From the NCBI RefSeq assembly GCF_000621645.1, contig NZ_JHXR01000016.1, forward strand, positions 74,543 to 106,542: a DNA stretch of 32,000 nt, written 5' to 3'. Within the stretch, counting starts at the first letter, position 1; each line of letters starts with the position of its first letter. This DNA is from Vibrio cholerae ATCC 14035. Its GTDB lineage: Bacteria; Pseudomonadota; Gammaproteobacteria; Enterobacterales; Vibrionaceae. The notes below the pieces were generated by a model that was given only the letters and a program-made list of their open reading frames with translations, searched no databases and was not told the DNA's origin. Positions 11,233-20,620 of this stretch are shown here, in pieces. The position numbers and the translations under genes are program-made.

Positions 11233-11260
11233 AAAAAGCGCATCGTTGACAATGCGCTTT
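11233..11260 (-). terminator. Rho-independent terminator after the oxyR-like gene
   Basis: AAGCGCAT (11236-11243) and ATGCGCTT (11252-11259) form a perfect 8-bp stem. On the minus strand it is followed by TTTTT (complement of 11233-11237). It lies about 40 nt beyond the stop at 11298. Confidence 0.75.
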
Positions 11261-11297
11261 CACTAGTCCATAGCAGAATTATCACTACGACCAATCG

Positions 11298-12203
11298 CTA
11301 TAACAGCTCAGCCACTATCTCAGCTAACTGGCGAAAAGTGTGAATTCGGGAAGAACTTGGACGCCACACTAGGCCGATTTCTCGGTAAGCTTTTTGCCCA
11401 GGAGGGTCGATCACCACCAGATTTTGGTTATCCAGCAAACCGTGGTCGATGGCCATTTGCGGAATAAAAGTCGTACCTAAGCCATTGGCCACCATTTGCA
11501 CTAAGGTATGCAAACTGGCCGCGGTAAATGGATTAATCTTCTCTTTATCGGTGAGCTTACAAGCCGATACGGCATGTTCAGTTAAACAGTGCTCGTTTTC
11601 GAGTAAAAACACCGATTCATCGGGTAGATCAGCGTAGCGGATCGGCACGCGGATCTGATTAACTTGGTTACGGCTGATCACCATACGAAACGGATCTTGC
11701 CCCACCACATAGCTCTCCATATTGCCAATATCGACGGGTAAGGCGAGGATCAACACATCCAGTTCACCACTGCGCAAGGCGGAAAGCAGATTTGCCGTGG
11801 TATCTTCGCGCAACAATAAGTGCAATTTAGGGTAACGCTGGTTAATCTCTTGGACTAAATCACACAACAAAAACGGCGCAATGGTTGGAATGCACCCCAA
11901 ACGCAATTGCCCTTCCATGGTGTCACCTTGGCACAACTTACCAAGCTCGACTAAATCTTGCCCCTTGGCGAGCAATTCTCGCCCCTGCTTGACCACCAAC
12001 TCTCCGACCCGAGTAAATACCAGAGGGCTTTTCTTATCTTGCTTTTCATACAAGGAACAGCCGATCAACTCTTCAAGGTTTTGAATGCCTTTACTTAAGG
12101 TCGATTGACTGACAAAGCAACGCTCAGCCGCCTCACTAAAATGGCGGGTTTCATAAAGTGTCACCAAATAAGATAACTGCTTGAGGCTTGGCCATTTATT
12201 CAT
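11298..12203 (-). CDS. oxyR: LysR-family hydrogen-peroxide-sensing regulator, OxyR type
   Basis: 301-aa ORF. It has an N-terminal LysR wHTH (FSEAAERCFVSQSTLSKGIQNLEE). Two Cys residues are spaced exactly as the E. coli OxyR redox pair (EHCLTEHAVSAC, 9 residues apart, against C199/C208). It is divergent from a peroxiredoxin gene. Confidence 0.88.
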   Translation of the reverse strand: MNKWPSLKQLSYLVTLYETRHFSEAAERCFVSQSTLSKGIQNLEELIGCSLYEKQDKKSPLVFTRVGELVVKQGRELLAKGQDLVELGKLCQGDTMEGQLRLGCIPTIAPFLLCDLVQEINQRYPKLHLLLREDTTANLLSALRSGELDVLILALPVDIGNMESYVVGQDPFRMVISRNQVNQIRVPIRYADLPDESVFLLENEHCLTEHAVSACKLTDKEKINPFTAASLHTLVQMVANGLGTTFIPQMAIDHGLLDNQNLVVIDPPGQKAYREIGLVWRPSSSRIHTFRQLAEIVAELL

Positions 12204-12279
12204 ACATCTTCCATCCTCTCATCAAAAACCGCGCTAAAAACATCATGGTACCTAGGCACTACTGACCTCACCGAGACTT

Positions 12280-12316
12280 ATCGCTTTTTTCGATTAACTT
12301 AATCTAATTAATTCAT
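12280..12316. promoter_or_regulatory. Candidate OxyR operator in the oxyR/peroxiredoxin divergent region
   Basis: The region reads ATCG-N7-CGAT-N7-ATCT-N7-TCAT. This reproduces the four-element spacing of the OxyR consensus ATAG-N7-CTAT-N7-ATAG-N7-CTAT, with partial matches in each element. It is a pattern match only. Confidence 0.35.
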
Positions 12317-12424
12317 TTTTTACTTTGTCTACTTTGTACTATATTTCTCCTCGTTATTCACGGACTGAATTATGAACTCAACGCACATAGTTCAGTACTT
12401 ACAAAATTGCTTAGGAGCAAAAAA

Positions 12425-13030
12425 ATGGTACTAGTTGGTCGCAAAGCCCCTGATTTTACTGCAGCTGCTGTTCTTGGTAACGGTGAAATCGTTGATAACT
12501 TCAACTTCGCAGAATTTACAAAAGGTAAGAAAGCGGTTGTTTTCTTCTACCCACTAGACTTCACTTTCGTTTGCCCATCTGAACTGATTGCATTCGACAA
12601 CCGTTACGAAGACTTCCTTGCTAAAGGTGTAGAAGTGATCGGTGTTTCTATCGACTCTCAGTTCTCTCACAACGCATGGCGTAACACTGCTGTTGAAAAC
12701 GGCGGTATCGGTCAAGTGAAATACCCACTGGTTGCAGACGTTAAACACGAAATCTGTAAAGCTTACGATGTTGAGCACCCAGAAGCTGGCGTGGCTTTCC
12801 GTGGTTCATTCCTGATCGACGAAGAAGGCATGGTTCGTCACCAAGTAGTGAACGATCTGCCACTGGGTCGTAACATCGACGAAATGCTACGTATGGTTGA
12901 TGCACTGAACTTCCACCAAACTCACGGTGAAGTGTGCCCAGCACAATGGGAAGCAGGCAAAGCAGGTATGGAAGCATCTCCAAAAGGCGTTGCAGCATTC
13001 CTGTCTCAATACTCTGCTGACCTAAAATAA
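12425..13030 (+). CDS. prxA: Typical 2-Cys peroxiredoxin (AhpC/Tsa/Prx1 family)
   Basis: ORF 12407..13030 begins at TTG. ATG 12425 is preferred, with AGGAG at 12413-12417. The peroxidatic motif FFYPLDFTFVCPSE and the resolving-Cys motif GEVCPA are present. It is divergent from oxyR. The symbol follows my recollection of the V. cholerae OxyR1-regulated PrxA. Confidence 0.9.
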   Translation: MVLVGRKAPDFTAAAVLGNGEIVDNFNFAEFTKGKKAVVFFYPLDFTFVCPSELIAFDNRYEDFLAKGVEVIGVSIDSQFSHNAWRNTAVENGGIGQVKYPLVADVKHEICKAYDVEHPEAGVAFRGSFLIDEEGMVRHQVVNDLPLGRNIDEMLRMVDALNFHQTHGEVCPAQWEAGKAGMEASPKGVAAFLSQYSADLK

Positions 13031-13117
13031 GACTCTTAACCCCGCGCTCAACACGGGTGGTTGGAAATAATAAAGCGAAAACGCTACGCCAATCAGTTAA
13101 GAAGTAAAGTCATCAAA

Positions 13118-13144
13118 AGCCCAAAGCACTGCTTTGGGCTTTTT
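13118..13144 (+). terminator. Rho-independent terminator after the peroxiredoxin gene
   Basis: AGCCCAAAGC (13118-13127) and GCTTTGGGCT (13131-13140) form a perfect 10-bp stem with a 3-nt loop, followed by TTTT. Confidence 0.85.
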
Positions 13145-13167
13145 CTATTCTTCATTTCACCGAATCT

Positions 13168-13260
13168 GTCCCACACTTAAACGAGATGACTTGCTATGTA
13201 GTGGCCGCTAAGCAGCAGGAATGAGATATCCCTCCTGCAGCTTCAAGTAGGAAGGGTATA
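13168..13260. repeat. Short (internally deleted) ERIC/IRU-like intergenic repeat
   Basis: It shares the arm CTGCAG(C/T)TTCAAGTAGGAAGGG (13235-13256) with the element at 14135-14266, and a related left arm (AAACGA...CTTG...GTAG..GGC.G..AAG). It lacks the central core. Boundaries are approximate. Confidence 0.55.
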
Positions 13261-13320
13261 AATGGGTAATTCGGGTCTTAAACTTTACCCCTATTCTTGC
13301 GCATTCTGCGCGATATCTGC

Positions 13321-13329
13321 TGCTATGAT
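13321..13329 (+). promoter_or_regulatory. Candidate extended -10 promoter element for cutC
   Basis: TGCTATGAT fits the TGnTATAAT-type extended -10. It lies 36 nt upstream of the cutC ATG, with GGAG at 13352-13355 as the SD. There is no good -35. Confidence 0.3.
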
Positions 13330-13364
13330 ACTGCCATTTCCTTTATCCAACCGGAGTTAACCTG

Positions 13365-14129
13365 ATGAAATATCAAGTTGAAGTCTGTATCGACAATATC
13401 GAATCCCTGCATAACGCCATCGCGGGAGGCGCAACCCGTATTGAGCTTTGTTCATCCCTTGCGCTAGGTGGATTAACCCCTAGTGCCGGGTTGATGTACA
13501 GCGCAGGCAGAGTGTCACCGATTCCGGCTTACGCAATGATCAGACCAAGAGAAGGGGATTTTTTCTATCACGATGATGAACTCAGCATTATGGCGCAGGA
13601 CATTCGTACGGCGCATCAAGCAAACTTACAAGGCGTGGTACTAGGGTTACTCAATGCCGATGGCACGATTGATGTGAAACGCAGCAAACCTTTAATCGAA
13701 CTTGCTCACTCCCTCGGGTTAGGTGTGACGTTTCACCGCGCATTTGACCACTGTGTAAACCCTGAACACGCGTTAGAAGAGATCATTGCGCTCGGTTGTG
13801 AACGCATTTTGACCTCAGGCTTGGCGCGCAACGCTTATCTGGGTATTGAACGTTTAGCGCAACTGGTCAAACAGAGTGCTGGGCGCATTTCAATCATGGC
13901 AGGCGCTGGGATCAATGCGCAGAATGTGGCTGAAATTGCGTTAGCCACCGGGGTCAATGAGCTGCATTTATCCGCGAAAACCACGCGTCCGAGCGAGATG
14001 CTGTTTATTCGCTCGGAGAGCAAAATGGGCGCGGCGGACTGTGATGATTTTATTATCCCGGTGACCAGCCGCGATGCGTTACAGCAAACCGTACACGCTC
14101 TGGCAGCACTCAATTCTGTCCTACATTAA
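13365..14129 (+). CDS. cutC: Copper homeostasis protein CutC family
   Basis: 254-aa ORF co-linear with E. coli CutC. Matching segments include [44 protein letters not shown] and IMAGAGI. Confidence 0.93.
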   Translation: MKYQVEVCIDNIESLHNAIAGGATRIELCSSLALGGLTPSAGLMYSAGRVSPIPAYAMIRPREGDFFYHDDELSIMAQDIRTAHQANLQGVVLGLLNADGTIDVKRSKPLIELAHSLGLGVTFHRAFDHCVNPEHALEEIIALGCERILTSGLARNAYLGIERLAQLVKQSAGRISIMAGAGINAQNVAEIALATGVNELHLSAKTTRPSEMLFIRSESKMGAADCDDFIIPVTSRDALQQTVHALAALNSVLH

Positions 14130-14134
14130 TGATG

Positions 14135-14266
14135 TATACCCAAACGACTTGGCGTTGCAGGTAGGCGGCAAGTGAGTTCATCCCCATGAGCATAGATAAA
14201 CGATGTGATTGGGGTGAACGAACGTAGCCAACACCGCTGCAGTTTCAAGTAGGAAGGGGAAAATAC
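14135..14266. repeat. Full-length ERIC/IRU-like imperfect palindromic intergenic repeat (about 130 bp)
   Basis: The central core GTGAGTTCATCCCCATGAGCATAGATAAACGATGTGATTGGGGTGAACGAACGTAGCCAAC resembles the ERIC consensus core as I recall it (GTGAATCCCCAGGAGCTTACATAAGTAAGTGACTGGGGTGAGCG). The outer arms TATACCC...CTTGGCGTTGCAG and CTGCAGTTTCAAG...AAAATAC are inverted repeats. Confidence 0.7.
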
Positions 14267-14331
14267 GATCATCCGCCACGGAACTTCGCCGCTCCCACTG
14301 CTATGCTTAACCTAGCAAAGGAGAGAATGCG

Positions 14332-15108
14332 ATGGCGAAATTGGATAAGAAAGTCTACGAACGTGAATTAGAGCTGCTGCAAATTGAGCTAGTCAAACTG
14401 CAAGAGTGGGTGAAACAAGAAAAGCTCAAGCTAGTGGTTATTTTTGAAGGACGCGATGCCGCGGGAAAAGGTGGAGTGATCAAAACCATCACCGAGAAAC
14501 TCAATCCGCGGGTATGCCGTGTGGCCGCCCTCCCGGCCCCCACCGAAAAAGAGAAAACCCAATGGTATTTTCAGCGCTACGTCGCCCATCTTCCGGCCGG
14601 TGGTGAAATTGTCTTGTTTGACCGCAGTTGGTACAACCGCGCGGGAGTCGAAAAGGTGATGGGCTTTTGCAGCGATGAAGAGTATCAAGAATTTCTGCGC
14701 TCTTGCCCTGAATTTGAACGCATGCTGCAACGTTCTGGGATCATCTTACTCAAATACTGGTTTTCAGTATCCGATGAAGAGCAAGAGCGGCGCTTTATCG
14801 AGCGGATTAATACGCCACTCAAACGCTGGAAATTCAGTCCAATGGATCTCGAGTCTCGTCAGCGCTGGGCAGCCTATTCGAGAGCTAAAGATGAGATGTT
14901 TGCTTACACCGATACCAAACACTGCCCGTGGTGGGTGGTGCCTTCGGATGACAAAAAGCGCGCTCGCCTCAACTGCATCAGCCACCTACTCAGTAGTGTT
15001 GAGTATCAAGAGATTGAGCATGCGCAGATCTCTCTGCCGGAAATCAATAAGCAAGGTTACGTACGCCCCCCCATCGAAGACCAAACCTTTGTTCCACAGC
15101 GCTACTAA
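14332..15108 (+). CDS. ppk2: Polyphosphate kinase 2 (single-domain PPK2)
   Basis: 258-aa ORF. It has the PPK2 P-loop FEGRDAAGKGG and the motifs FDRSWYNRAGVE and ERRF...KRWKFSP.D. The SD AAAGGAGAG is upstream of ATG 14332. Confidence 0.92.
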   Translation: MAKLDKKVYERELELLQIELVKLQEWVKQEKLKLVVIFEGRDAAGKGGVIKTITEKLNPRVCRVAALPAPTEKEKTQWYFQRYVAHLPAGGEIVLFDRSWYNRAGVEKVMGFCSDEEYQEFLRSCPEFERMLQRSGIILLKYWFSVSDEEQERRFIERINTPLKRWKFSPMDLESRQRWAAYSRAKDEMFAYTDTKHCPWWVVPSDDKKRARLNCISHLLSSVEYQEIEHAQISLPEINKQGYVRPPIEDQTFVPQRY

Positions 15109-15125
15109 TCCTCTACCTACAAACT

Positions 15126-15158
15126 CCGTCAATTTGCTGCTCAACGGCAAGTTGACGG
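15126..15158. terminator. Hairpin between the convergent ppk2 and phoU genes (probable terminator)
   Basis: CCGTCAATTTGC and GCAAGTTGACGG form a 12-bp stem with one mismatch and a 9-nt loop. It fills the 60-bp convergent gap. Neither side has a clear U-tract. Confidence 0.45.
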
Positions 15159-15168
15159 ACAGCGCCGC

Positions 15169-15879
15169 TTACAAACTCGGCTTTTTTAGCACATCGTCGA
15201 TCCCTTGATCGCCAAGATGGCGCACATCCTTACCTTTCACAAAGTAGATGATGTATTCGCAGATGTTTTGACAGCGATCGCCAACTCGCTCAATCGCACG
15301 CGCCGACCAAATGACTTGCAGAATGTGGGGAATGTTTTTCGGATCTTCCATCATGTAGGTCATCAACTGACGTACGACCGCTTCGTACTCTTTATCCAAC
15401 CTATCATCTTGTTTATAGATTTCCGCTGCGGCTTCTACATCCATCCGCGCAAACGCATCAAGCACTTGATGCAACATGGCAATCGCTTGGCGACACAAAG
15501 GCTCAAGTGAAACTTGGAATTGGTGCTGTTTGGCCGGTGGACGTTCGATGGCGATATAAGCCATCTTAGTCGCAGAATCGCCAATCCGTTCCAGATCGGT
15601 AATGGTTTTGATGATCGCCATAATAAGGCGCAAATCTTTAGCGGTCGGCTGACGTTTAGCAATAATGCGCGTACACGCCTCATCAATCGAGACTTCCATC
15701 GCGTTGACTTTGTGATCGTCGGCAATCACACGGCGCGCCAGTTTTTCATCATCTTCATGCAAGGCCTGCATGGCTAAGGTCAACTGCTGCTCGACTAAGC
15801 CGCCCATCGTCAATACTTGGCTACGAATGGACTCCAATTCCACATTGAACTGACCTGAAATATGTCGACCGAACTGCAT
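15169..15879 (-). CDS. phoU: Phosphate signalling complex protein PhoU
   Basis: 236-aa ORF co-linear with E. coli PhoU. Matching segments include [41 protein letters not shown] and [14 protein letters not shown]. Confidence 0.97.
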   Translation of the reverse strand: MQFGRHISGQFNVELESIRSQVLTMGGLVEQQLTLAMQALHEDDEKLARRVIADDHKVNAMEVSIDEACTRIIAKRQPTAKDLRLIMAIIKTITDLERIGDSATKMAYIAIERPPAKQHQFQVSLEPLCRQAIAMLHQVLDAFARMDVEAAAEIYKQDDRLDKEYEAVVRQLMTYMMEDPKNIPHILQVIWSARAIERVGDRCQNICEYIIYFVKGKDVRHLGDQGIDDVLKKPSL

Positions 15880-15912
15880 GGCATATCCTTACTAAACTGG
15901 CTGAAAAATTGC

Positions 15913-16734
15913 TTAACCGTATCGCCCCGTAATGTAGTCTTCGGTTTGCTTTTTCAATGGTGACGTGAAAATAGAGTCAGTATCTGCGTACTCGATCAAC
16001 TTTCCCATATGGATAAAGGCGGTGTGATCGCTCACGCGCGCCGCTTGCTGCATGTTGTGAGTGACGATAACCACGGTATATTTGGTTTTAAGATCGTGGA
16101 TCAGCTCTTCAATGGTCAAGGTCGAGATAGGATCAAGCGCTGAGGTTGGCTCATCAAGAAGCAACACTTCAGGTTCAATCGCAATCGCACGGGCAATCAC
16201 CAAACGTTGTTGCTGCCCGCCCGATAAACCAAATGCATTTTCGTGCAAACGATGTTTGACTTCATCCCACAACGCCGCCGCACGCAGAGATTGCTCCGCC
16301 GCATCATCTAACGCACGGCTATTTTTAATCCCCTGCAAACGCAGTCCATACACCACGTTTTCATAAATCGATTTAGGAAAGGGATTAGGGCGCTGGAATA
16401 CCATCCCGACTCGGCGGCGCAGCGTTGGCACATCCACATCCGGATGATAGATGTTTTTGCCATGCAATTTCACCTCACCTTCAACACGCGTTCCTTCCAC
16501 CAGATCGTTCATCCGGTTAATGCAGCGCAAAAGCGTCGATTTACCACAGCCGGAGGGGCCGATAAACGCCGTAACCTGACCTTTGGGGATACGCATGGAA
16601 ATATCACTCAAGGCGCGACTTTGCTGGTAATACAGGCTTAAGTGCTCAATCGAAATCGCCGTCTGCTGATCGGTAAGATTATTCACGTCCAGCGGCGGCA
16701 CATAATAGCCCAAAGTAGGATTGGCGGAGTACAT
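15913..16734 (-). CDS. pstB: Phosphate ABC transporter ATP-binding protein PstB
   Basis: 273-aa ORF. It has Walker [10 protein letters not shown], the signature LSGGQQQRL and Walker [12 protein letters not shown], plus the PstB-typical [15 protein letters not shown]. It sits between pstA and phoU. Confidence 0.97.
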   Translation of the reverse strand: MYSANPTLGYYVPPLDVNNLTDQQTAISIEHLSLYYQQSRALSDISMRIPKGQVTAFIGPSGCGKSTLLRCINRMNDLVEGTRVEGEVKLHGKNIYHPDVDVPTLRRRVGMVFQRPNPFPKSIYENVVYGLRLQGIKNSRALDDAAEQSLRAAALWDEVKHRLHENAFGLSGGQQQRLVIARAIAIEPEVLLLDEPTSALDPISTLTIEELIHDLKTKYTVVIVTHNMQQAARVSDHTAFIHMGKLIEYADTDSIFTSPLKKQTEDYITGRYG

Positions 16735-16736
16735 AA

Positions 16737-18383
16737 CTAGTCTTGCCCCAAGGTTCGGTATTTTTCGCGTAAGTTATTACGAATGCTGATCGCAGTTAAG
16801 TTGAGCGCCACAATCACAGTGACCAATAAAAATGAAGTGGCATACACCAGTGGCCGTGCCGCTTCAATATTGTTGGTTTGAAAACCGATATCGTAAATGT
16901 GGAAACCTAAATGCATAAATTTGCGTTCAAGATGGATGAAGGGAAATTCCCCATCCACAGGCAAACTGGAAGCCAGTTTCACCGCACCGACCAGCATCAG
17001 CGGAGCCACTTCACCGGCTGCGCGGGCGATCGCCAAAATCAATCCGGTGATGATCGCAGGGCTTGCCATCGGTAGCACAATACGCCAAATGGTTTCAAAC
17101 TGGGTAGCGCCTAGTGCTAATGATCCATGGCGCACCGAAATCGGAATACGCGAGAGCCCTTCTTCCGTCGCCACAATCACCACAGGCAGCGTCAACACGG
17201 CTAATGTCAGAGCAGACCACAGCAACCCAGGCGTCCCGAAGGTCGGAGTGGGCAAACGCTCAGCATAAAAAAGGTTATCAACCGAAGCGCCTATGGTGTA
17301 AACAAAAAAGCCGAGGCCAAACACCCCATATACGATGGAAGGTACCCCCGCTAAGTTGATCACCGCGACTCGAATCATCCGAGTAAATGCGCCCTCTTGC
17401 GCGTATTCATGCAGATAGATAGCTGCTATCACGCCTAAAGGCATGACGATGATCGACATGATGATCACCAGAAACACCGTTCCAAAAATGGCCGGAAACA
17501 CGCCCCCTTCCGAGTTTGACTCCCGTGGTGATTCCGATAAAAAGCGCCATGCTTGCTTGCCCCACTCCGCGAGTTTTTGGGAAAAATTCATATCATTGGG
17601 ATACCAAAAATCCAAGATTTCACTCAGCGGGACGGAGACGGTCTCTCCTTGCATATCCACAAGATATAAAAACTGCTTTTCTAACGGTGCTCGGAGCGCA
17701 TCTAACTCAGTTTGAACCAGTGCAAGCTCTTTCTCTAAACGGCTTTTGCTTAACACGTAGTGTTGTAAAAACTCATCACTGAGCTGGTTATTCAATTGCT
17801 TACGGCGTTTTTCCAAACGTAATTTTTCTAGCTGGCTACTGATCACCCGCACTTGCTGTTCAACCATCGTATCCACTTGATCGCGAATGGCTTCAGCCTC
17901 TAACAATGCTTGACGCAGATGGCGCTCTAGCGGCAGATCCAGCTCGCCAATCGTAGAATCGAAGCGAAGCGGTTTACCAAACAGTTGCCCACCTCGGCTG
18001 CGCTCAATCACCGCCCAACCTTGTGGCGCGCCTTTAAATTCGGTTTCAAACTCAAGTAAAGCAATAAAATCAGATCCATACAGATCCCGATTAGCGACTT
18101 TGATATTGAGCCGTGTCGCCAACCCTGCCGCTTGCACTTTTTCTGGTAGCGGTAAATTCATCTCTTTTAAATGGCTAACCGGCACACTTTCACGAGCGTA
18201 CAGTTGACCCACCACGTTTTTTCCATCGGGGGTTTGCCATTGCAGCAAGGGCGCTGGCCAGAAATAGGTTAAGCCACGCCAACCAATCACCAGTAATAGG
18301 CCAAGTACAGCAATCAAGCTGACGCTGACGGCTCCTCCTGTCAGCCAGATCCACGGAGCACCGGATTTAAACCAATTCAACAT
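16737..18383 (-). CDS. pstA: Phosphate ABC transporter permease PstA, long form
   Basis: 548-aa ORF. The C-terminal ~250 aa form a typical PstA-type permease core. Residues ~36-292, between TM1 and the core, are a non-membrane insertion. It holds the second permease position in the pstC-pstA-pstB order. Confidence 0.9.
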   Translation of the reverse strand: MLNWFKSGAPWIWLTGGAVSVSLIAVLGLLLVIGWRGLTYFWPAPLLQWQTPDGKNVVGQLYARESVPVSHLKEMNLPLPEKVQAAGLATRLNIKVANRDLYGSDFIALLEFETEFKGAPQGWAVIERSRGGQLFGKPLRFDSTIGELDLPLERHLRQALLEAEAIRDQVDTMVEQQVRVISSQLEKLRLEKRRKQLNNQLSDEFLQHYVLSKSRLEKELALVQTELDALRAPLEKQFLYLVDMQGETVSVPLSEILDFWYPNDMNFSQKLAEWGKQAWRFLSESPRESNSEGGVFPAIFGTVFLVIIMSIIVMPLGVIAAIYLHEYAQEGAFTRMIRVAVINLAGVPSIVYGVFGLGFFVYTIGASVDNLFYAERLPTPTFGTPGLLWSALTLAVLTLPVVIVATEEGLSRIPISVRHGSLALGATQFETIWRIVLPMASPAIITGLILAIARAAGEVAPLMLVGAVKLASSLPVDGEFPFIHLERKFMHLGFHIYDIGFQTNNIEAARPLVYATSFLLVTVIVALNLTAISIRNNLREKYRTLGQD

Positions 18384-18392
18384 ATTGCTCCA

Positions 18393-20588
18393 TCATAAAG
18401 AACGGTATTTTTCTCGTAGCCGTTGGCGTACCCATTCCGCTAGGGAATTCACCGCAAACGTAAAGGTCAGCAGCAGCAGTGCGGCCAAAAATAGGATACG
18501 AAAATGGGCGCTTTGCACTTCCGATTCCGGCAGTTCAACGGCAATCGTCGCCGATAAGGTTCGCATGCCTTCAAAAATATTCCAATCCAACAACGGGGTA
18601 TTACCCGTGGCCATCAGCACTATCATGGTCTCACCGACGGCACGCCCGAGCCCCATCATGATCGCCGAAAAAATCCCAGGGCTTGCCGTAAGCAGTACCA
18701 CATAAATCAAGGTCTGCCATGGTGTCGCCCCCAGCGCCAAAGAGCCATCTGACAGATGTTTCGGCACTGAGAAAATCGCATCTTCCGCAATGGTAAAAAT
18801 GGTTGGGATCACCGCAAACCCCATCGCAAAACCAACAACAAGCGCATTGCGCTGATCGTAACCGATACCGTGCTGCGCTAAATACACGCGCAGATCACCC
18901 GCAAACAGAGCATTTTCCAGCTCACCACTGTAAGACAGAATCAGGGCTGATATACCAATCAACACTGGGATTAAAATCAGCGCATGCCAACCACTGGGGA
19001 TACGGCGCAGCCAAGCTTTGGGTAAGCGCGACCAAATGAACCCGAGCACTATGGTTGAAGGCGGTAACAAAATCATCAGCGCCAATACTGCGGGCAAATG
19101 GCTCTCCACAAACGGCGCAAACCATAAACCCGCGAGGAAGCCGATAATCACAGTGGGTAGGGCTTCCATCAATTCAATGGTCGGTTTCACCACGCGGCGC
19201 ATCGAAGGCGTCATAAAATAGGCGGTATAAATCGCCCCTAAGACCGCAATCGGCATCGCAAACAACATGGCAAAGGCAGCGGCTTTCAAGGTGCCAAAAG
19301 CAATCGGCACTAAACTAAACTTAGCTTCAAAATCGTCCGTTGCTGCGGTGGATTGCCAAACAAACTCTGGTTCAGGGTAACTTTCGTACCACACTTTTTG
19401 CCACAACGCAGAAAAGGAGACTTCAGGGTTTCGGTTTTCCACCTGCGCTAACTGAATTTTCCCTTGGTCATAACTCGCCAAATACGCTTGATTCTCTGAC
19501 ATCGCCACCAACTGTGGCGCTCGTTGATAAGCACGCTCAAACAGCACCAACTTTTCACTCGTGGTGTAATGGCTTTGCAAAGTGCCATTGCGATAGAAGC
19601 TGTAGAAACCTTTCGTGTTGGTGTCGGGCAACAAAAACTGCACTTCTGAGGCGAGCTTAAAATTGCGGATATGGGTTAAATGACGCTGGCCATCGCGCAG
19701 CACATCAAACCATTGTGACACCAGACCATCTTCGTGCACCGCCAGTAAAGAGAACGCCCCTGATAACAAATAGAGTTGCGTGACTTGATGACGGCTATCG
19801 CCTTCACTGAGATCGACGATTTCGCGGATCTGATAACCCTGCTTATCCAGTAATGCGACGACAAGCTCAGATCGGGTACGCAAATACAGGGTCTTACCAT
19901 CTGGGGTCAGCAATAACTGGCTGAGATCGCTGAACGGCACACTCAAACTCAGACGGCTAATCTCTTGTTGCGTCGCGCGATCCAAACGCAAAATCTGGAT
20001 CTGCTGCGCGTTATCGTACGTGGCAAAAATAAGCGCTTCCGCAGTTAAGGCAAAAGCGAATTGTTGCAGAGGCTGCTCACTTAAGCGGAACGCTTCCGGC
20101 AAGGCTAAACGTTCCAAGCTCGGGGTGAATTCACGCCCCTGAGTTGTCATTGAATGGGAGAGCTGCGGATGCACAACGGCCACTTGGTTATCCTGACCTA
20201 CCAAGGCAAACCAACCTTGAGCAGCGGGGGTTTGTGCCCACAATACAGGCGTAAAGCCTAACGATTGGGTCTGGATAGGTTGATCGCTGGCGGAACGTAA
20301 TGACCAAAACTGCCCAACGCCATCATTTGACATCAAAAACGCGTTTTCACCGTAAGCACCTATGGTCATCAGTAACGGATCTGTTGTTGACACCGTTTTA
20401 ACCGCAATGTCACCACGCCATTTCGCATCGCCAAACAGTGGCACCACAACCATGGCTAAATAGATAAAAATCAGTACCAAAGCTCCCAACACACTGACGC
20501 CACCACAAGTCACTGCAAAACGCACCACACGGTCTTTCACTAACCGCGCGCGATCACGTTCTTTCAATGAAAATGGCTGTCTGACCAT
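18393..20588 (-). CDS. pstC: Phosphate ABC transporter permease PstC, long form
   Basis: 731-aa ORF. The C-terminal ~300 aa form a PstC-type permease core (EAA-loop region [14 protein letters not shown]). Residues ~53-423 after TM1 are a large non-membrane insertion. It is the first gene of the pstCAB-phoU transcription unit, downstream of a Pho box. Confidence 0.9.
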   Translation of the reverse strand: MVRQPFSLKERDRARLVKDRVVRFAVTCGGVSVLGALVLIFIYLAMVVVPLFGDAKWRGDIAVKTVSTTDPLLMTIGAYGENAFLMSNDGVGQFWSLRSASDQPIQTQSLGFTPVLWAQTPAAQGWFALVGQDNQVAVVHPQLSHSMTTQGREFTPSLERLALPEAFRLSEQPLQQFAFALTAEALIFATYDNAQQIQILRLDRATQQEISRLSLSVPFSDLSQLLLTPDGKTLYLRTRSELVVALLDKQGYQIREIVDLSEGDSRHQVTQLYLLSGAFSLLAVHEDGLVSQWFDVLRDGQRHLTHIRNFKLASEVQFLLPDTNTKGFYSFYRNGTLQSHYTTSEKLVLFERAYQRAPQLVAMSENQAYLASYDQGKIQLAQVENRNPEVSFSALWQKVWYESYPEPEFVWQSTAATDDFEAKFSLVPIAFGTLKAAAFAMLFAMPIAVLGAIYTAYFMTPSMRRVVKPTIELMEALPTVIIGFLAGLWFAPFVESHLPAVLALMILLPPSTIVLGFIWSRLPKAWLRRIPSGWHALILIPVLIGISALILSYSGELENALFAGDLRVYLAQHGIGYDQRNALVVGFAMGFAVIPTIFTIAEDAIFSVPKHLSDGSLALGATPWQTLIYVVLLTASPGIFSAIMMGLGRAVGETMIVLMATGNTPLLDWNIFEGMRTLSATIAVELPESEVQSAHFRILFLAALLLLTFTFAVNSLAEWVRQRLREKYRSL

Positions 20589-20620
20589 GCTTGAGATTAC
20601 CTATAGTTTTGGGGAGTGTC

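Noticed and set aside
13168-14266. I considered cutC as a mobile cassette or composite element bounded by repeats.
   Set aside because: The flanking elements are non-autonomous ERIC-like palindromes of different lengths. There is no transposase or integrase, no visible target-site duplication, and cutC is a conserved core gene.
14675-15208. A 177-aa plus-strand ORF that overlaps the 3' half of ppk2 and runs into phoU.
   Set aside because: It is an alternative frame of a confidently identified gene. It is Ser/Leu-rich, and it crosses the convergent terminator hairpin.
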